NCBI RefSeq assembly: GCF_005696695.1
Contig: NZ_CP040006.1
Span: 270,001-302,000, forward strand
Direction: 5' to 3'
DNA: 32,000 bases
Source: Schaalia odontolytica
GTDB taxonomy: Bacteria > Actinomycetota > Actinomycetes > Actinomycetales > Actinomycetaceae
Part shown: piece by piece, positions 7,824 through 16,893 of the stretch
How positions within the stretch are numbered: the first letter of the stretch is position 1
Layout of the letters: every line of letters begins with the position of its first letter
The notes under the pieces: generated by a model
The model's database searches: none
Seen by the model: the letters and a program-made list of their open reading frames with translations, nothing else
Told to the model about the DNA's origin: nothing
Program-made: the position numbers and the translations under genes

Positions 7824-8867
7824 GTGACGAACTCCCAGGACGCAGCAGCCACCACGTCGACGTCGATCCACGCGCAGCAGGGCGAGGCGCAGCCCGCCCT
7901 CGTCCTCGTCAACCTGGGGACGCCGACCGCCCCCGAGCCCGGCCCGGTGCGCGCCTTCCTGCGCGAGTTCCTCTCTGACCGCCGCGTCATCGAGATGAGC
8001 CCGCTCCTGTGGAAGCCCATCCTGGAGGGCATCATCCTGCGAGTCCGGCCGCGCGAGGTCGCGGGCAAGTACCGCAGCATCTGGATGGACGAGGGTTCGC
8101 CGCTCATGCACTACACCCGCGAGCAGGCCCGCCTCCTCGGCGAGCGCCTGCCGGGCGCGCGTGTCGAGGTCGCCATGCGCTACGGCCAGCCCTCGATCGG
8201 CTCGGTCCTAGACCGCCTGCACGCTGAGGGCGTGCGCCGCGTGGCGATCCTGCCCGCCTACCCGCAGTACGCGGCCTCGACGGTGACGACGATCAACGAT
8301 GCGGTCGCCCAATGGATCGGCCGCAACCGCGATGGCTTCGAGCTGCGCCTGCACCGCTCCTTCCCCGCGGCCCCCGCGTACATCGAGGCGCTCGCGACCG
8401 CCCTCGAACGCCATTGGGAGCGCGTGGGACGCCCGAACTTCCTGACGGGGGACCGCGTCGTCGTGTCCTTCCACTCGATCCCGGTCGCCATGGACGAGGC
8501 CGGGGACCCCTACCGCGCCGAGTGCCGTCATACGGTCGCCGCCCTCGAGTCGCGCCTGGGCTTGGCGATGGGGTCCCTGACGGCGACCTTCCAGTCCGTG
8601 TTCGGGCGCGCCGAGTGGCTGGGTCCGCAGACGATCGAGGAGATGGCCGAGCTGGGCGCCGCGAAGTGCCCGCGCGTGGACGTCATCTGCCCGGGCTTCA
8701 TGGCGGATTGCCTGGAGACGCTCGAGGAGATTGACCAGCTCAACCGTGAGACCTTCGTCGAGGCCGGGGGCGGGGACTTCCACTACGTGCCGTGGGGCAA
8801 TGACTCGGAGGGTGCGGTCGCGTCCCTGGAGGAGCAGGCGTGCATCGCTCTTGCCGGCTGGGTGTAG
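7824..8867 (+). CDS. hemH: ferrochelatase
   Basis: N-terminal LVLVNLGTPTAP..VRAFLREFLSDRRV, metal-site region VVSFHSIPV, and C-terminal CPGFMADCLETLEEI. Confidence 0.88.
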   Translation: MTNSQDAAATTSTSIHAQQGEAQPALVLVNLGTPTAPEPGPVRAFLREFLSDRRVIEMSPLLWKPILEGIILRVRPREVAGKYRSIWMDEGSPLMHYTREQARLLGERLPGARVEVAMRYGQPSIGSVLDRLHAEGVRRVAILPAYPQYAASTVTTINDAVAQWIGRNRDGFELRLHRSFPAAPAYIEALATALERHWERVGRPNFLTGDRVVVSFHSIPVAMDEAGDPYRAECRHTVAALESRLGLAMGSLTATFQSVFGRAEWLGPQTIEEMAELGAAKCPRVDVICPGFMADCLETLEEIDQLNRETFVEAGGGDFHYVPWGNDSEGAVASLEEQACIALAGWV

Positions 8868-8928
8868 GCGCGCGCTGTCACAATCGACCGGCGGACGAAA
8901 CCCTTCGGCGGATGCGGCCCCGGCCTCG

Positions 8929-8934
8929 TAGCGT
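8929..8934 (+). promoter_or_regulatory. -10-like hexamer TAGCGT, 6 nt before the ATG at 8941 (candidate leaderless promoter)
   Basis: Sequence is cgTAGCGTggaggcATG. The GGAGG is only 1 nt from the ATG, too close to serve as an SD. Confidence 0.4.
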
Positions 8935-8940
8935 GGAGGC

Positions 8941-10143
8941 ATGAGCACGCCTGACTGTACGACCTTCTCCACGCTGGCCATCCACGCAGGGTTCGACCCC
9001 GACCCCATCACGGGCGACGTGGTGCCTCCGATTCACGTCGCTTCGACGTTTGTACAGGATCGGCCCGGCGAGCTGCGAGAAGGCTACGAGTACGGGCGCT
9101 GCGGCAACCCGACGACCAACGCGTTCGCGGGCGCGCTCGCGGCCCTGGAGGGGGCGACGCACGGCTTCGCGTTCCCCTCGGGCATGAGCGCCGAGGACAC
9201 CGTGATCCGCCTGCTGGCGCGCCCCGGCGACCACGTCGTGCATTCGACCGACGTGTACGGCGGCACCCACAAGCTCCTCAGCGTCATCAAGCCCGCCGAG
9301 GGCATCACTTCCGAGGCCGTGGACCTCACCGATCTGGCCGAGGCCGAGCGCGTGATCCGCGGGTCGCGCCCGCAGATCGTGTGGGTGGAGACGCCCTCGA
9401 ACCCGTTCCTGTTGGTCACTGATATCGCTGCGATCGCGGCCCTCACGCACGAGGTGGGCGGCCTGCTGATCGTGGACAACACCTTCGCGACGCCGGTCCT
9501 GCAGCGCCCCCTCGAGCTGGGCGCGGACGTCGTCGTGCACTCGACGACCAAGTACGTGGGCGGCCACTCCGATGTGGTCGGCGGCGCGTTCATCCTGCGC
9601 GACGGCCTGGAGCTGCCCGCGCACGTCGAGCCCTTCTTTGGGGAGCGTGACGCCGCCGCCGAGGCCGTCAAGCTGCAGATGGCCCTCGGGCACGTGCCCT
9701 CCCCGCGCGACACGTACCTGGCCCACCGCGGCCTGAAGACCCTGGCCCTGCGCGTGGAGCGCCACTGCGAGAACGCGCAGAAGGTCGCCGAGTTCCTGGC
9801 CACCCACCCGAAGGTCACCGCGGTCCACTATCCGGGGCTGGCCTCGGACCCGGTCTACGAGCTGGCTCAGCGTCAGAACCCGGCCGGCGTGGGAGGCGTG
9901 CTCTCCTTCCAGGTCGCCACCGAGGAGGCGGCGATCGAACTGACGACGCGCACGCGCGTCTTTGCGCTCGCGGCGTCCCTGGGTGCGCCGGAGTCCCTCA
10001 TCGAGCATCCGGCGATCATGACGCACTCGACGCGCGTCGGTGGCGTGGGCGGTGTGCCCGGCACGCTCCTGCGCCTGGCGGTCGGCTTGGAAGACGCGCA
10101 GGAGCTGATTGCGGACTTGGATCAGGCGCTCGCGCAGATCTGA
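8941..10143 (+). CDS. Cys/Met-metabolism PLP-dependent enzyme (cystathionine gamma-synthase / gamma-lyase family)
   Basis: YGRCGNPT and the PLP-lysine motif HSTTKYVGGHSDVVGG. C-terminal SLGAPESLIEHPAIMTH is typical of the MetB/MetC/MetZ family. The exact reaction cannot be assigned from sequence alone. Confidence 0.88.
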   Translation: MSTPDCTTFSTLAIHAGFDPDPITGDVVPPIHVASTFVQDRPGELREGYEYGRCGNPTTNAFAGALAALEGATHGFAFPSGMSAEDTVIRLLARPGDHVVHSTDVYGGTHKLLSVIKPAEGITSEAVDLTDLAEAERVIRGSRPQIVWVETPSNPFLLVTDIAAIAALTHEVGGLLIVDNTFATPVLQRPLELGADVVVHSTTKYVGGHSDVVGGAFILRDGLELPAHVEPFFGERDAAAEAVKLQMALGHVPSPRDTYLAHRGLKTLALRVERHCENAQKVAEFLATHPKVTAVHYPGLASDPVYELAQRQNPAGVGGVLSFQVATEEAAIELTTRTRVFALAASLGAPESLIEHPAIMTHSTRVGGVGGVPGTLLRLAVGLEDAQELIADLDQALAQI

Positions 10144-10249
10144 GGTTCCTCTCCTCGGGAACGAGGCCGGGGTCCCCCGGGCGGTGATGCGCGGTTAGTG
10201 GTGGGCCCGGCGGCTTAGCGGGCGCTGCCACCTACTGACGTGCGGTGGT

Positions 10250-11485
10250 TCAGCGAGCCTCGGCCCGGCGGCTCAGCCAGGTCGCGGCCGCCGTGGCGCC
10301 GCCGACTGCGAGGACCGCGGGCACGAGGATCGTGGCGCCCTGGCCGGTGAACTCGATGACCAGGATGAGCCCCGTGAAGGGCGCCTTCATGGAGGTGCCG
10401 AGGAATGCGGCCGCCCCGATGAACGCAAACGCTGCTACTTCCGAGCCCGGCCACGCGGCCGCCCACGGCAAGCCGATGACGGCCCCCAGTCCCGCGCCGA
10501 GCGCGACTGCGGGGGTCAGGACGCCGCCCCAGCCTCCCGCGCCGATCGTCAGGAACGTGGTGGCCGTCTTGGCGAGGAGGACCAACAGAGCGAACGCGAG
10601 TCCCGCGCCGGCCGCCCACGTCGCATCGAACTGCGTCTGTGCGCTGGCCTGCCCGTTGCCGAGCACCGATGGAATGCGAGTGGAGACCAGGCCGACGACG
10701 GCGAACGCGAGTGGCAGGGTGATAAGGATGCGCCAGTCGCGCGGCCGGATCGCGCCGGTGCGTGCGACGGCCTCTTTAAAGACCCATCCCGCGGCGCCGA
10801 GCACCGGCCCCATGAGTGCGCCGAAGACCGTCAAGGAGAGCGATGGCGTGAGGGTGGGGACCGTGTAGAAGAAGGCAGGCCTCGTGAATCCTGTGGAGAC
10901 GAGGACCGCGATCCCCGAGGTGATGAGCGCGGGGGCGACGGCGCGCGCTGACAGGGAGACGAGGAGGATCTCGAGGGTGTAGATCGCGCCCGACAGGGGG
11001 ATCGAGTAGACGGCGGCCAGGCCCGCGCCCGCGCCGCACGCGACGATGATGCGCCGGTCCTCGGGGGTGAGGCCCAGGCGGTCGGCGGCGGCCGCGCTGA
11101 ACGCGGCGGCCATCTCGCGCGGGGCGACCTCGCGCCCCACGGAGGCGCCGAGGCCGACGATGAGAACCTGGGTGAGGGCGTGCCAGGTGGCGCGCAGGGG
11201 AGGCATGGGGGTCCCGCCTACCGCGCCGGACACCGAAGTGACGGCCTTGTTACGGCGGAACAGCAGGAACCAGGACAGGGCGCCGACGACACCGGCGAGC
11301 GTCAAGACGCCGACGCGACGGGCAGGAGAAACCGCACTCACGGCCTCCACGAGAGTGCCGCCGTGCATGTCCCAGGCGATCGCCTGGATCCAGTGGAGCA
11401 GATGGATGCACGCCAGGCCGACGAGGCCGGCGATGATCCCGGTGAGAAGCGTTGCGACCGCGAGGCGGCGCGTGCTCACGGACAT
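10250..11485 (-). CDS. ClC family chloride channel / H+-anion antiporter-like membrane protein (no CBS domains)
   Basis: Polytopic membrane protein with ClC signature-like segments GASVGREVAPREM (GREGP-type gating-Glu motif), GGWGGVLTPAVALGAG (GxFxP-type) and GLILVIEFTG. Its start overlaps the marR stop by 10 nt. Confidence 0.85.
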   Translation of the reverse strand: MSVSTRRLAVATLLTGIIAGLVGLACIHLLHWIQAIAWDMHGGTLVEAVSAVSPARRVGVLTLAGVVGALSWFLLFRRNKAVTSVSGAVGGTPMPPLRATWHALTQVLIVGLGASVGREVAPREMAAAFSAAAADRLGLTPEDRRIIVACGAGAGLAAVYSIPLSGAIYTLEILLVSLSARAVAPALITSGIAVLVSTGFTRPAFFYTVPTLTPSLSLTVFGALMGPVLGAAGWVFKEAVARTGAIRPRDWRILITLPLAFAVVGLVSTRIPSVLGNGQASAQTQFDATWAAGAGLAFALLVLLAKTATTFLTIGAGGWGGVLTPAVALGAGLGAVIGLPWAAAWPGSEVAAFAFIGAAAFLGTSMKAPFTGLILVIEFTGQGATILVPAVLAVGGATAAATWLSRRAEAR

Positions 11486-11937
11486 GGCGTGTCGGAGTCG
11501 AGGCGTTCGCTCACCCGCGTGAACAGGCCGGTGAGCATGTCGATCTCCTCGGGCGTGATGTCGTCGAGGAAGAGGCGGCGGATGACGTCGCGCTGGACGA
11601 GGGCGGCCTCGTCGAAGAGGGTCTTGCCGGCCTGCGTCAGGGAGACGAGGCCTCCACGGCCGTCGCCCTCACACGGGCGGCGCTCGATGAGGCCTCGGGA
11701 TTCAAGGCGCTTCATTGTGTGGGTGAGGCGCGAGCGCGAGAAGACGACCTGGTGGGCTAGGCGGGAGGGGCGCACGCCATCCTCGCCGGCGCGGTCGGTC
11801 ATGAGCAGCACGGAGTATTCGGGCATCGACAGACCGGCCTGGCACTTGAGGGCGGCTTCGATGCGCTCGGTGAGGCGAGCCGTCGTGGTGAAGTAGAGCT
11901 CCCAGGCCGCCGCTCGGGGGTGGTGTGCTCGGCTCAC
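11476..11937 (-). CDS. MarR family transcriptional regulator
   Basis: Winged-HTH region PSRLAHQVVFSRSRLTHTMKRLESRGLIERRP..DGRGGLVSLTQAGK. The GTG at 11937 is preferred to the ORF start at 12039 because GAGGAG lies 5 nt upstream and it gives the usual length of about 150 aa. Confidence 0.85.
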   Translation of the reverse strand: MSRAHHPRAAAWELYFTTTARLTERIEAALKCQAGLSMPEYSVLLMTDRAGEDGVRPSRLAHQVVFSRSRLTHTMKRLESRGLIERRPCEGDGRGGLVSLTQAGKTLFDEAALVQRDVIRRLFLDDITPEEIDMLTGLFTRVSERLDSDTPCP

Positions 11938-12164
11938 TGGATCTCCTCGTTCGATGCTTCCGGGTGAGGCCGAATCGGCCTCGGACTGCCTACGAGTATA
12001 ACTTTCAATTAGACCCAGGTATAAATCGGTGCAGCGCACGTCACGTTCTCAGAATGAATGATCGAATGATATGAATTGTTTGAATTGCGTTACTCTAATT
12101 GCAGTGCAATAAGCATCTGAACTCGTCAGAGAATGAATCCAAATACTTCGAGAGGAATGAATAC

Positions 12165-12494
12165 ATGAAAAAGACGAAGAAGATTGTCGAAATTGTCGAC
12201 GACTTCGATGGCACCCCCGCCGATCAGACCGTTCGCTTCGCCTTTAATGGCGCGTCGTACGAAATTGATCTGAGCCGCGAGCATTTCGAGGAATTCGCCG
12301 AGGCCATTCAGCCCTACATTAAGGCTGGTCGCAAGGTGGGTTCGACCCGCCGCCGTGGCAATGCCGGCAACCCCACGCAGCGCCTGGAGAACGCGAAGAT
12401 TCGTGCCTGGGCAAAGGAAGAGGGGCTCGAGCTGTCCGACCGCGGTCGTATTCCCGCTCCGATTGTCGAGGCCTACCGCAAGGCCAACGCCTGA
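12165..12494 (+). CDS. lsr2: Lsr2 family nucleoid-associated protein (H-NS-like)
   Basis: N-terminal dimerisation motif KKIVEIVDDFDG and C-terminal DNA-binding domain with IRAWAKEEGLELSDRGRIP (RGR AT-hook-like). ATG at 12165 with AGAGGA 8 nt upstream. Confidence 0.9.
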   Translation: MKKTKKIVEIVDDFDGTPADQTVRFAFNGASYEIDLSREHFEEFAEAIQPYIKAGRKVGSTRRRGNAGNPTQRLENAKIRAWAKEEGLELSDRGRIPAPIVEAYRKANA

Positions 12495-12504
12495 TTTGTG
12501 ACGC

Positions 12505-12545
12505 AATTGCGGGCGCACCGAAAGGCGCGCCCGCAATTCTTTTTA
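12505..12545 (+). terminator. intrinsic terminator after lsr2
   Basis: AATTGCGGGCGC-loop-GCGCCCGCAATT followed by CTTTTT. Confidence 0.7.
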
Positions 12546-12600
12546 CATGCCTGAGGGGTGGCACGCGTTATGCGCGCCACCCCTCATTGTGCGTTGGATG

Positions 12601-13092
12601 TCAGTCTTTGGAGACGACGTTATGCGCGCCCAAGTCGCTGCCAACCTGAGGAGCGTTTCCGTCCTCGTACTGGACAGCGTTATTGGAGCCCGTGAAGGAT
12701 ACCGTCTGGACGGACTTCACGTCGACGGCATTCTGGGAGCCGTTGACCGTGATCTCGGAGACGGCCTCGCCCTCAATGTGGTTGTTCGAGCCGTTGACAA
12801 CGACGGACTTCGTGCCCGCGGGGATCTCGACGTGGGCGTTGGACTCGTTGACCGTGAAGGCACCGGCTGCGTCGGACTTGCCCGAATCCTTCGACGTGTC
12901 GGACTTACCGGAGTCGGTGGACGCGTCGGTCTTGGTGTCCGTGCGCGGGTTGCTCGAGGCCTCGGGGGCGGACGAAGCCGCGGGGGCGGAGGAGTCGCCG
13001 CCGGAGACGTTCGCGGTCTGGGAGCAGCCGGTCAGGGCCACGGTCGCGACGGCCAGGGCGGCCGCGGCGGGAAGGAAGGACTTCAGGGACAT
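12601..13092 (-). CDS. putative lipoprotein with (V/I)NGSxNxV-type repeats (tentatively DUF3060-like)
   Basis: Signal peptide plus lipobox MSLKSFLPAAAALAVATVALTGC. A low-complexity S/D/K linker is followed by repeats VVNGSNNHIEGE / VNGSQNAVDV / FTGSNNAVQY. The ATG at 13092 has AAGGGAGA upstream. The family assignment is from memory and unverified. Confidence 0.7.
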   Translation of the reverse strand: MSLKSFLPAAAALAVATVALTGCSQTANVSGGDSSAPAASSAPEASSNPRTDTKTDASTDSGKSDTSKDSGKSDAAGAFTVNESNAHVEIPAGTKSVVVNGSNNHIEGEAVSEITVNGSQNAVDVKSVQTVSFTGSNNAVQYEDGNAPQVGSDLGAHNVVSKD

Positions 13093-13142
13093 GGTGTCTC
13101 CCTTTCGTATGTTGATCAGTTGGTCAAACGTCAATCAGAGTA

Positions 13143-14354
13143 CTAGAAGGCGGGGATGAAGATCTCGACGCGGCGGTTGAGCGCGCGGCCGGCCGGGTTG
13201 TCCGAGCCATCGGCGTTCTCGTTGGGCGCGACGGGCTTCGACTCGCCGTAGCCGGTGGCATCGAGGATGGCGCTCACGCCGTCCTTCTTCAGTTCCGCGG
13301 ACACGGCATCCGCGCGTTCCTGCGAGAGCTGGAGGTTGAAGGCCTCGTCCGAGATGGAATCGGTGTGGCCGTAGATGTGGGCGGTGGGAACCTTCGCGTT
13401 GTTGAGCACGCCCGCCAGGCTCTTCAGGGTCTGGGCAGCTTCGGGGCGGATGTCGGACTTGCCGAAGTCAAAGAGGACGCCGTCCTCCAGGGTGATGACC
13501 GTGCCGCAGGACTCGACGGGCTTGAGGGACCCGACGGCCGGGAACTTGCCGAGCTTGCCGACCTTCTCGACCTTCGGAGCGTCGTTGACGGTCACGCCGT
13601 TCACGGTGGCCGTGCCGTTGCCGTTGTTCTGAATCGTCAGCTTCTCGTCCGAGTAGCTGCCGGTGCCGTCGCCGTTGTTGATGATCGTGACGGTGCCCTT
13701 GGAGAACTGGCCGGAGCCGTCACCTTTGTTGATGATCGTCTCCATGGAGGTCGTATTGGAGTAGTTGCCGCCGCCATTTCCGTCCAGGATGATGCTGGTC
13801 GTCGTCGTGGAGTAGGTGCCCGAGCCGTCGGCCTCGACGGTGATGGTCACCATGGTGTCGGCGTTGGTGTAGGTGCCCGAGCCGTCGCCGCCGTAGATGA
13901 TGGAGATGGGGCCCTCGGTGATGACGCCGGAGCCGGTGCCGTCGTTGACGACTGTGCCCTTATCGCTGGAGGAAACGGCGGAGCCGTCGCCGCCCAGGAC
14001 CGTCGAGCCGGACACCAGGGAGGTGCCGTCGCACTTGGCGGGGGAGACCGTCACGCCAGGAACGGAAGCGAGGGACGAGGAGGCTGCCTGGACGACGGCC
14101 TTATCCGCGTTCGAGGCGAACACGTCGATCGCGGGAACCGAGAAGAGCGGGATCGGGGGGATCTCGCCGGGGCGGTAACCCGGGACCGTCGGAACCGAGG
14201 CGGGAGTTGTGGACTGGGTGGGGGCAGCCGTGGTGGCCTCGGCGGTGGGCGCAGCCGCGGGAGTCTGGGGCTTCGAGGAGCCGCAGGCGCCCAGGGCGAG
14301 CGTGGTCGCAGCGACGAGAGCGGAGGCTGTCAGGGTGCGTCGTGTGATGATCAT
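13143..14354 (-). CDS. OmpA/MotB-domain lipoprotein with internal GDGSGxYS repeats
   Basis: Lipobox ATTLALGAC. There are about six tandem 17-19-aa repeats (GGDGSGTYTN, ADGSGTYST, GNGGGNYSN, GDGSGQFSK, GDGTGSYSD, GNGTATVNG). The C-terminal OmpA-like peptidoglycan-binding domain reads FDFGKSDIRPEA...GHTDS...NLQLSQERADAV...NRRVEI. Confidence 0.85.
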   Translation of the reverse strand: MIITRRTLTASALVAATTLALGACGSSKPQTPAAAPTAEATTAAPTQSTTPASVPTVPGYRPGEIPPIPLFSVPAIDVFASNADKAVVQAASSSLASVPGVTVSPAKCDGTSLVSGSTVLGGDGSAVSSSDKGTVVNDGTGSGVITEGPISIIYGGDGSGTYTNADTMVTITVEADGSGTYSTTTTSIILDGNGGGNYSNTTSMETIINKGDGSGQFSKGTVTIINNGDGTGSYSDEKLTIQNNGNGTATVNGVTVNDAPKVEKVGKLGKFPAVGSLKPVESCGTVITLEDGVLFDFGKSDIRPEAAQTLKSLAGVLNNAKVPTAHIYGHTDSISDEAFNLQLSQERADAVSAELKKDGVSAILDATGYGESKPVAPNENADGSDNPAGRALNRRVEIFIPAF

Positions 14355-14361
14355 GAACCTA

Positions 14362-14367
14362 ACCGTA
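14362..14367 (-). promoter_or_regulatory. -10-like hexamer TACGGT, 7 nt before the ATG at 14354 (candidate leaderless promoter)
   Basis: The minus strand reads cgTACGGTtaggttcATG. Confidence 0.35.
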
Positions 14368-14612
14368 CGGGAAAATACGGGGGGCGCACACTGTTCCGGT
14401 AATCATGTAAAACCGCGGAATCTCAAGGAACTCAGGGGTAATCCGAGGGGTGCTCAGGGGGTAATCAGGGTATGGCCGGGGTCTTTGTCCGCACAAGGGC
14501 AGGGGCCTCGTTCCGCGGTGTTGGGGGCGAGGCCTCGTCCCCCTCGCGCTCCGGTGTCCAAGCTGTGGCGTGATCAACGCCACGGGGTGTAGGAGGTGGC
14601 CCGCACCTGTGG

Positions 14613-14618
14613 GAGAAT
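14613..14618 (+). promoter_or_regulatory. -10-like hexamer GAGAAT, 6 nt before the ATG at 14625
   Basis: Sequence is gtggGAGAATggagacATG. The GGAGA is 1 nt from the ATG, too close for an SD. The first hexamer base deviates from TANNNT. Confidence 0.3.
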
Positions 14619-14624
14619 GGAGAC

Positions 14625-15362
14625 ATGAGCTACAAACTGGTGCTGCTCCGCCACGGCGAGAGCGAATGGAATGCAAAGAACCTCTTCACCGGTTGGGTGG
14701 ATGTTCCGCTGTCGGACAAGGGCCGCGCGGAGGCTACCCACGGTGGCGAGCTCCTCAAGGAAGCGGGCGTGAAGCCTGACCTCCTGTTCACGTCGATGCT
14801 GCGTCGCGCCATCATGACCGCGAACCTCGCCCTCGACGCTGCCGATCGCCACTGGATCCCCGTTGAGCGCAACTGGCGCCTCAACGAGCGTCACTACGGT
14901 GCGCTCCAGGGCAAGAACAAGAAGGAAATTCGCGACGAGTACGGCGAGGACCAGTTCATGCTGTGGCGCCGTTCCTTCGACGTGGCTCCGCCTGCCATCG
15001 AGGCCGGCTCCGAGTTCTCGCAGGACACCGACCCGCGTTACGCTGGCGAGCCCGTCCCCATGAGCGAGTGCCTCAAGGACGTCATCGCGCGTCTGCTGCC
15101 CTACTGGGATGAGACCATCGTTCCCGCGATCAAGAGCGGTAAGACCGTCATGATCGCTGCGCACGGCAACTCCCTGCGCGCCATCGTCAAGCACCTGGAT
15201 GAGATCTCCGACGAGGACATCGCCGGCGTCAACATCCCCACCGGCATTCCGCTGGTGTACGAGCTCGACGAGGAAACCCTCAAGCCCATCAAGAAGGGCG
15301 GCACCTACCTGGATCCCGAGGCCGAGGCGAAGATCGCCGCGGTCGCCAACCAGGGCAAGTGA
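14625..15362 (+). CDS. gpmA: 2,3-bisphosphoglycerate-dependent phosphoglycerate mutase
   Basis: [12 protein letters not shown] (catalytic His motif), ERHYGALQG and [11 protein letters not shown]. Confidence 0.95.
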   Translation: MSYKLVLLRHGESEWNAKNLFTGWVDVPLSDKGRAEATHGGELLKEAGVKPDLLFTSMLRRAIMTANLALDAADRHWIPVERNWRLNERHYGALQGKNKKEIRDEYGEDQFMLWRRSFDVAPPAIEAGSEFSQDTDPRYAGEPVPMSECLKDVIARLLPYWDETIVPAIKSGKTVMIAAHGNSLRAIVKHLDEISDEDIAGVNIPTGIPLVYELDEETLKPIKKGGTYLDPEAEAKIAAVANQGK

Positions 15363-15590
15363 GCTGAGCGGAGCCCCGGCATCGTCTGCATGGACGAGGC
15401 CGGGGCTTCGTCATGCCCGGAAAACCGGGCTTTTTGCGGTGTGATGCCCGTCCTTATGGCGCACGTTTAATCGTGAGCAGGGTCGCATGCTGGGACGAAT
15501 TGCGGTCGTGCTTGAAGTTGGTTTGTGTCGATCCTTGTATGCGTGTAACGTTGAGCTTTCACACTGTATGGGTCGGTTTTGCTCGCCAGC

Positions 15591-15599
15591 TGGTAGAAT
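15591..15599 (+). promoter_or_regulatory. extended -10 promoter TGGTAGAAT upstream of carD
   Basis: A TGn+TAGAAT match lies about 38 nt upstream of the ATG at 15637, which itself has an AGGAG SD. Confidence 0.45.
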
Positions 15600-15636
15600 A
15601 GTTGTGCTATCCACGCAAGCACTCAGGAGTCCATCC

Positions 15637-16155
15637 ATGTCGTTTGAAATCGGTCAGACGGTCGTCTACCCGCACCACGGCGCAGCCACGATCGAAGAGG
15701 TCATGACGCGCACCATTCGTGGTGAGGAGCGGACGTACCTGAAGCTGCGTGTGAATCAGGGCGATCTTGAGATTCAGGTCCCCGCCGAGAACGTCGATAT
15801 GGTCGGCGTCCGCGACATCGTCGACGAGGACGGCCTCGAAGAGGTCCTCTCCGTCCTGCGCGCCCCCTACATCGAGGAACCCACCAACTGGTCGCGCCGC
15901 TTCAAGGCGAACCAGGAGAAGATTGCCACCGGCGACATCGTGAAGGTCGCCGAGGTCGTGCGTGACCTGACCCGCCGCGACGACCTGAAGAAGCTGTCCA
16001 CGGGCGAGAAGCGCATGCTGACGAAGGCCCGCGGAATCCTCACCTCCGAGCTGGCCCTGGCGCGCAATATTGAAAAGTCTGCCGCCGCCGAGCGCCTCGA
16101 CGCCGTCCTGGCTGAGGGTCGCATCGAAGTCGAAGAAGATGCCGTCGAAGAGTGA
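15637..16155 (+). CDS. carD: CarD family RNA-polymerase-binding transcriptional regulator
   Basis: N-terminal [20 protein letters not shown] (CarD/CdnL/TRCF RID domain). ATG at 15637 with AGGAG at 15625-15629. The upstream part of the listed ORF (15487-) has no support. Confidence 0.93.
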   Translation: MSFEIGQTVVYPHHGAATIEEVMTRTIRGEERTYLKLRVNQGDLEIQVPAENVDMVGVRDIVDEDGLEEVLSVLRAPYIEEPTNWSRRFKANQEKIATGDIVKVAEVVRDLTRRDDLKKLSTGEKRMLTKARGILTSELALARNIEKSAAAERLDAVLAEGRIEVEEDAVEE

Positions 16156-16855
16156 TGCCCGCGCGGTCCTGACGGCCGCAGGCTCCGGCTCTCGCCTCGG
16201 CTGCGAGGGTCCGAAAGCACTCGTTGAACTCTCGGGTCGCCCCCTTGTGTGGTGGGCGGCCCGCGGCCTACGCGCCGGGGGAGTGGGCGCGATCGTCGTG
16301 ACGGCCCCGGCCTCGTCGATCGAGGAATTTCGTAGCGCCCTGTCCGATATTGACGATCTGACAGTCGTCGCCGGCTCTGATCGTTCGCGTCAGGAGTCCG
16401 TGGCCCTCGGCCTGGCCGCGCTTGGCCGGTGCGAGGCGGACACGGTCGTCCTCGTGCACGACGCGGCCCGTCCCCTGACGCCTCCGCAGGTCACCGAGCG
16501 CGTCATCGATGCGGTTGCCGGCGGCGCGGGCGCGGTCATTCCCGTCCTGCCCGTCACCGACACCCTCAAGACCGTGGATGCCTCCGGCGTGGTCGTCGGC
16601 ACGCCGCGCCGCTCCGACATGGTGGCCGTGCAGACACCGCAGGGTTTCCGCTGGGACGTTCTCATTCGTGCGCACGAGGAGGGCGCCTCCCTGGGCGCCG
16701 ACGAGACCCGGGCGGCCACGGACGACGCTGGCCTCGTCGAGGCGATCGGCGGGACCGTGCACACGGTCGCGGGCGACGAGCGCTCCATGAAGGTGACGCG
16801 CCCCCTCGACCTGGCCCTTGCGCAGATCCTCGTCGCCGAGGAGGCGACCGTCTAA
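16139..16855 (+). CDS. ispD: 2-C-methyl-D-erythritol 4-phosphate cytidylyltransferase
   Basis: [19 protein letters not shown] and TLKTV motifs. The first plausible in-frame ATG (16139) overlaps the carD 3' end by 17 nt. The start is uncertain by a few codons. Confidence 0.9.
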   Translation: MPSKSDARAVLTAAGSGSRLGCEGPKALVELSGRPLVWWAARGLRAGGVGAIVVTAPASSIEEFRSALSDIDDLTVVAGSDRSRQESVALGLAALGRCEADTVVLVHDAARPLTPPQVTERVIDAVAGGAGAVIPVLPVTDTLKTVDASGVVVGTPRRSDMVAVQTPQGFRWDVLIRAHEEGASLGADETRAATDDAGLVEAIGGTVHTVAGDERSMKVTRPLDLALAQILVAEEATV

Positions 16856-16893
16856 ACGCACTGCCCGGCTCACGTCGGCAGCGTGGACATACG

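Noticed and set aside
8935-8940. GGAGG (metB-like gene) and GGAGA (gpmA, 14619-14623) as Shine-Dalgarno sequences
   Set aside because: Both end only 1 nt before the start codon, too close for ribosome positioning. The TANNNT-type hexamer just upstream fits a leaderless start better.
10250-11485. ClC protein as a fluoride-specific CLC-F exporter
   Set aside because: The gene overlaps marR, leaving no room for a fluoride riboswitch-like leader. I could not match the filter residues to the CLC-F signature from memory, so the general ClC-family call is kept.
15363-15636. Small ORFs or an sRNA in the 274-nt gpmA-carD spacer (for example ORF 15413-15601)
   Set aside because: The ORFs have no SD and no conserved-looking peptide. 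The spacer is adequately explained by a weak gpmA terminator hairpin (AGCCCCGGC...GCCGGGGCT, 15372-15407) plus the carD promoter and 5' UTR.
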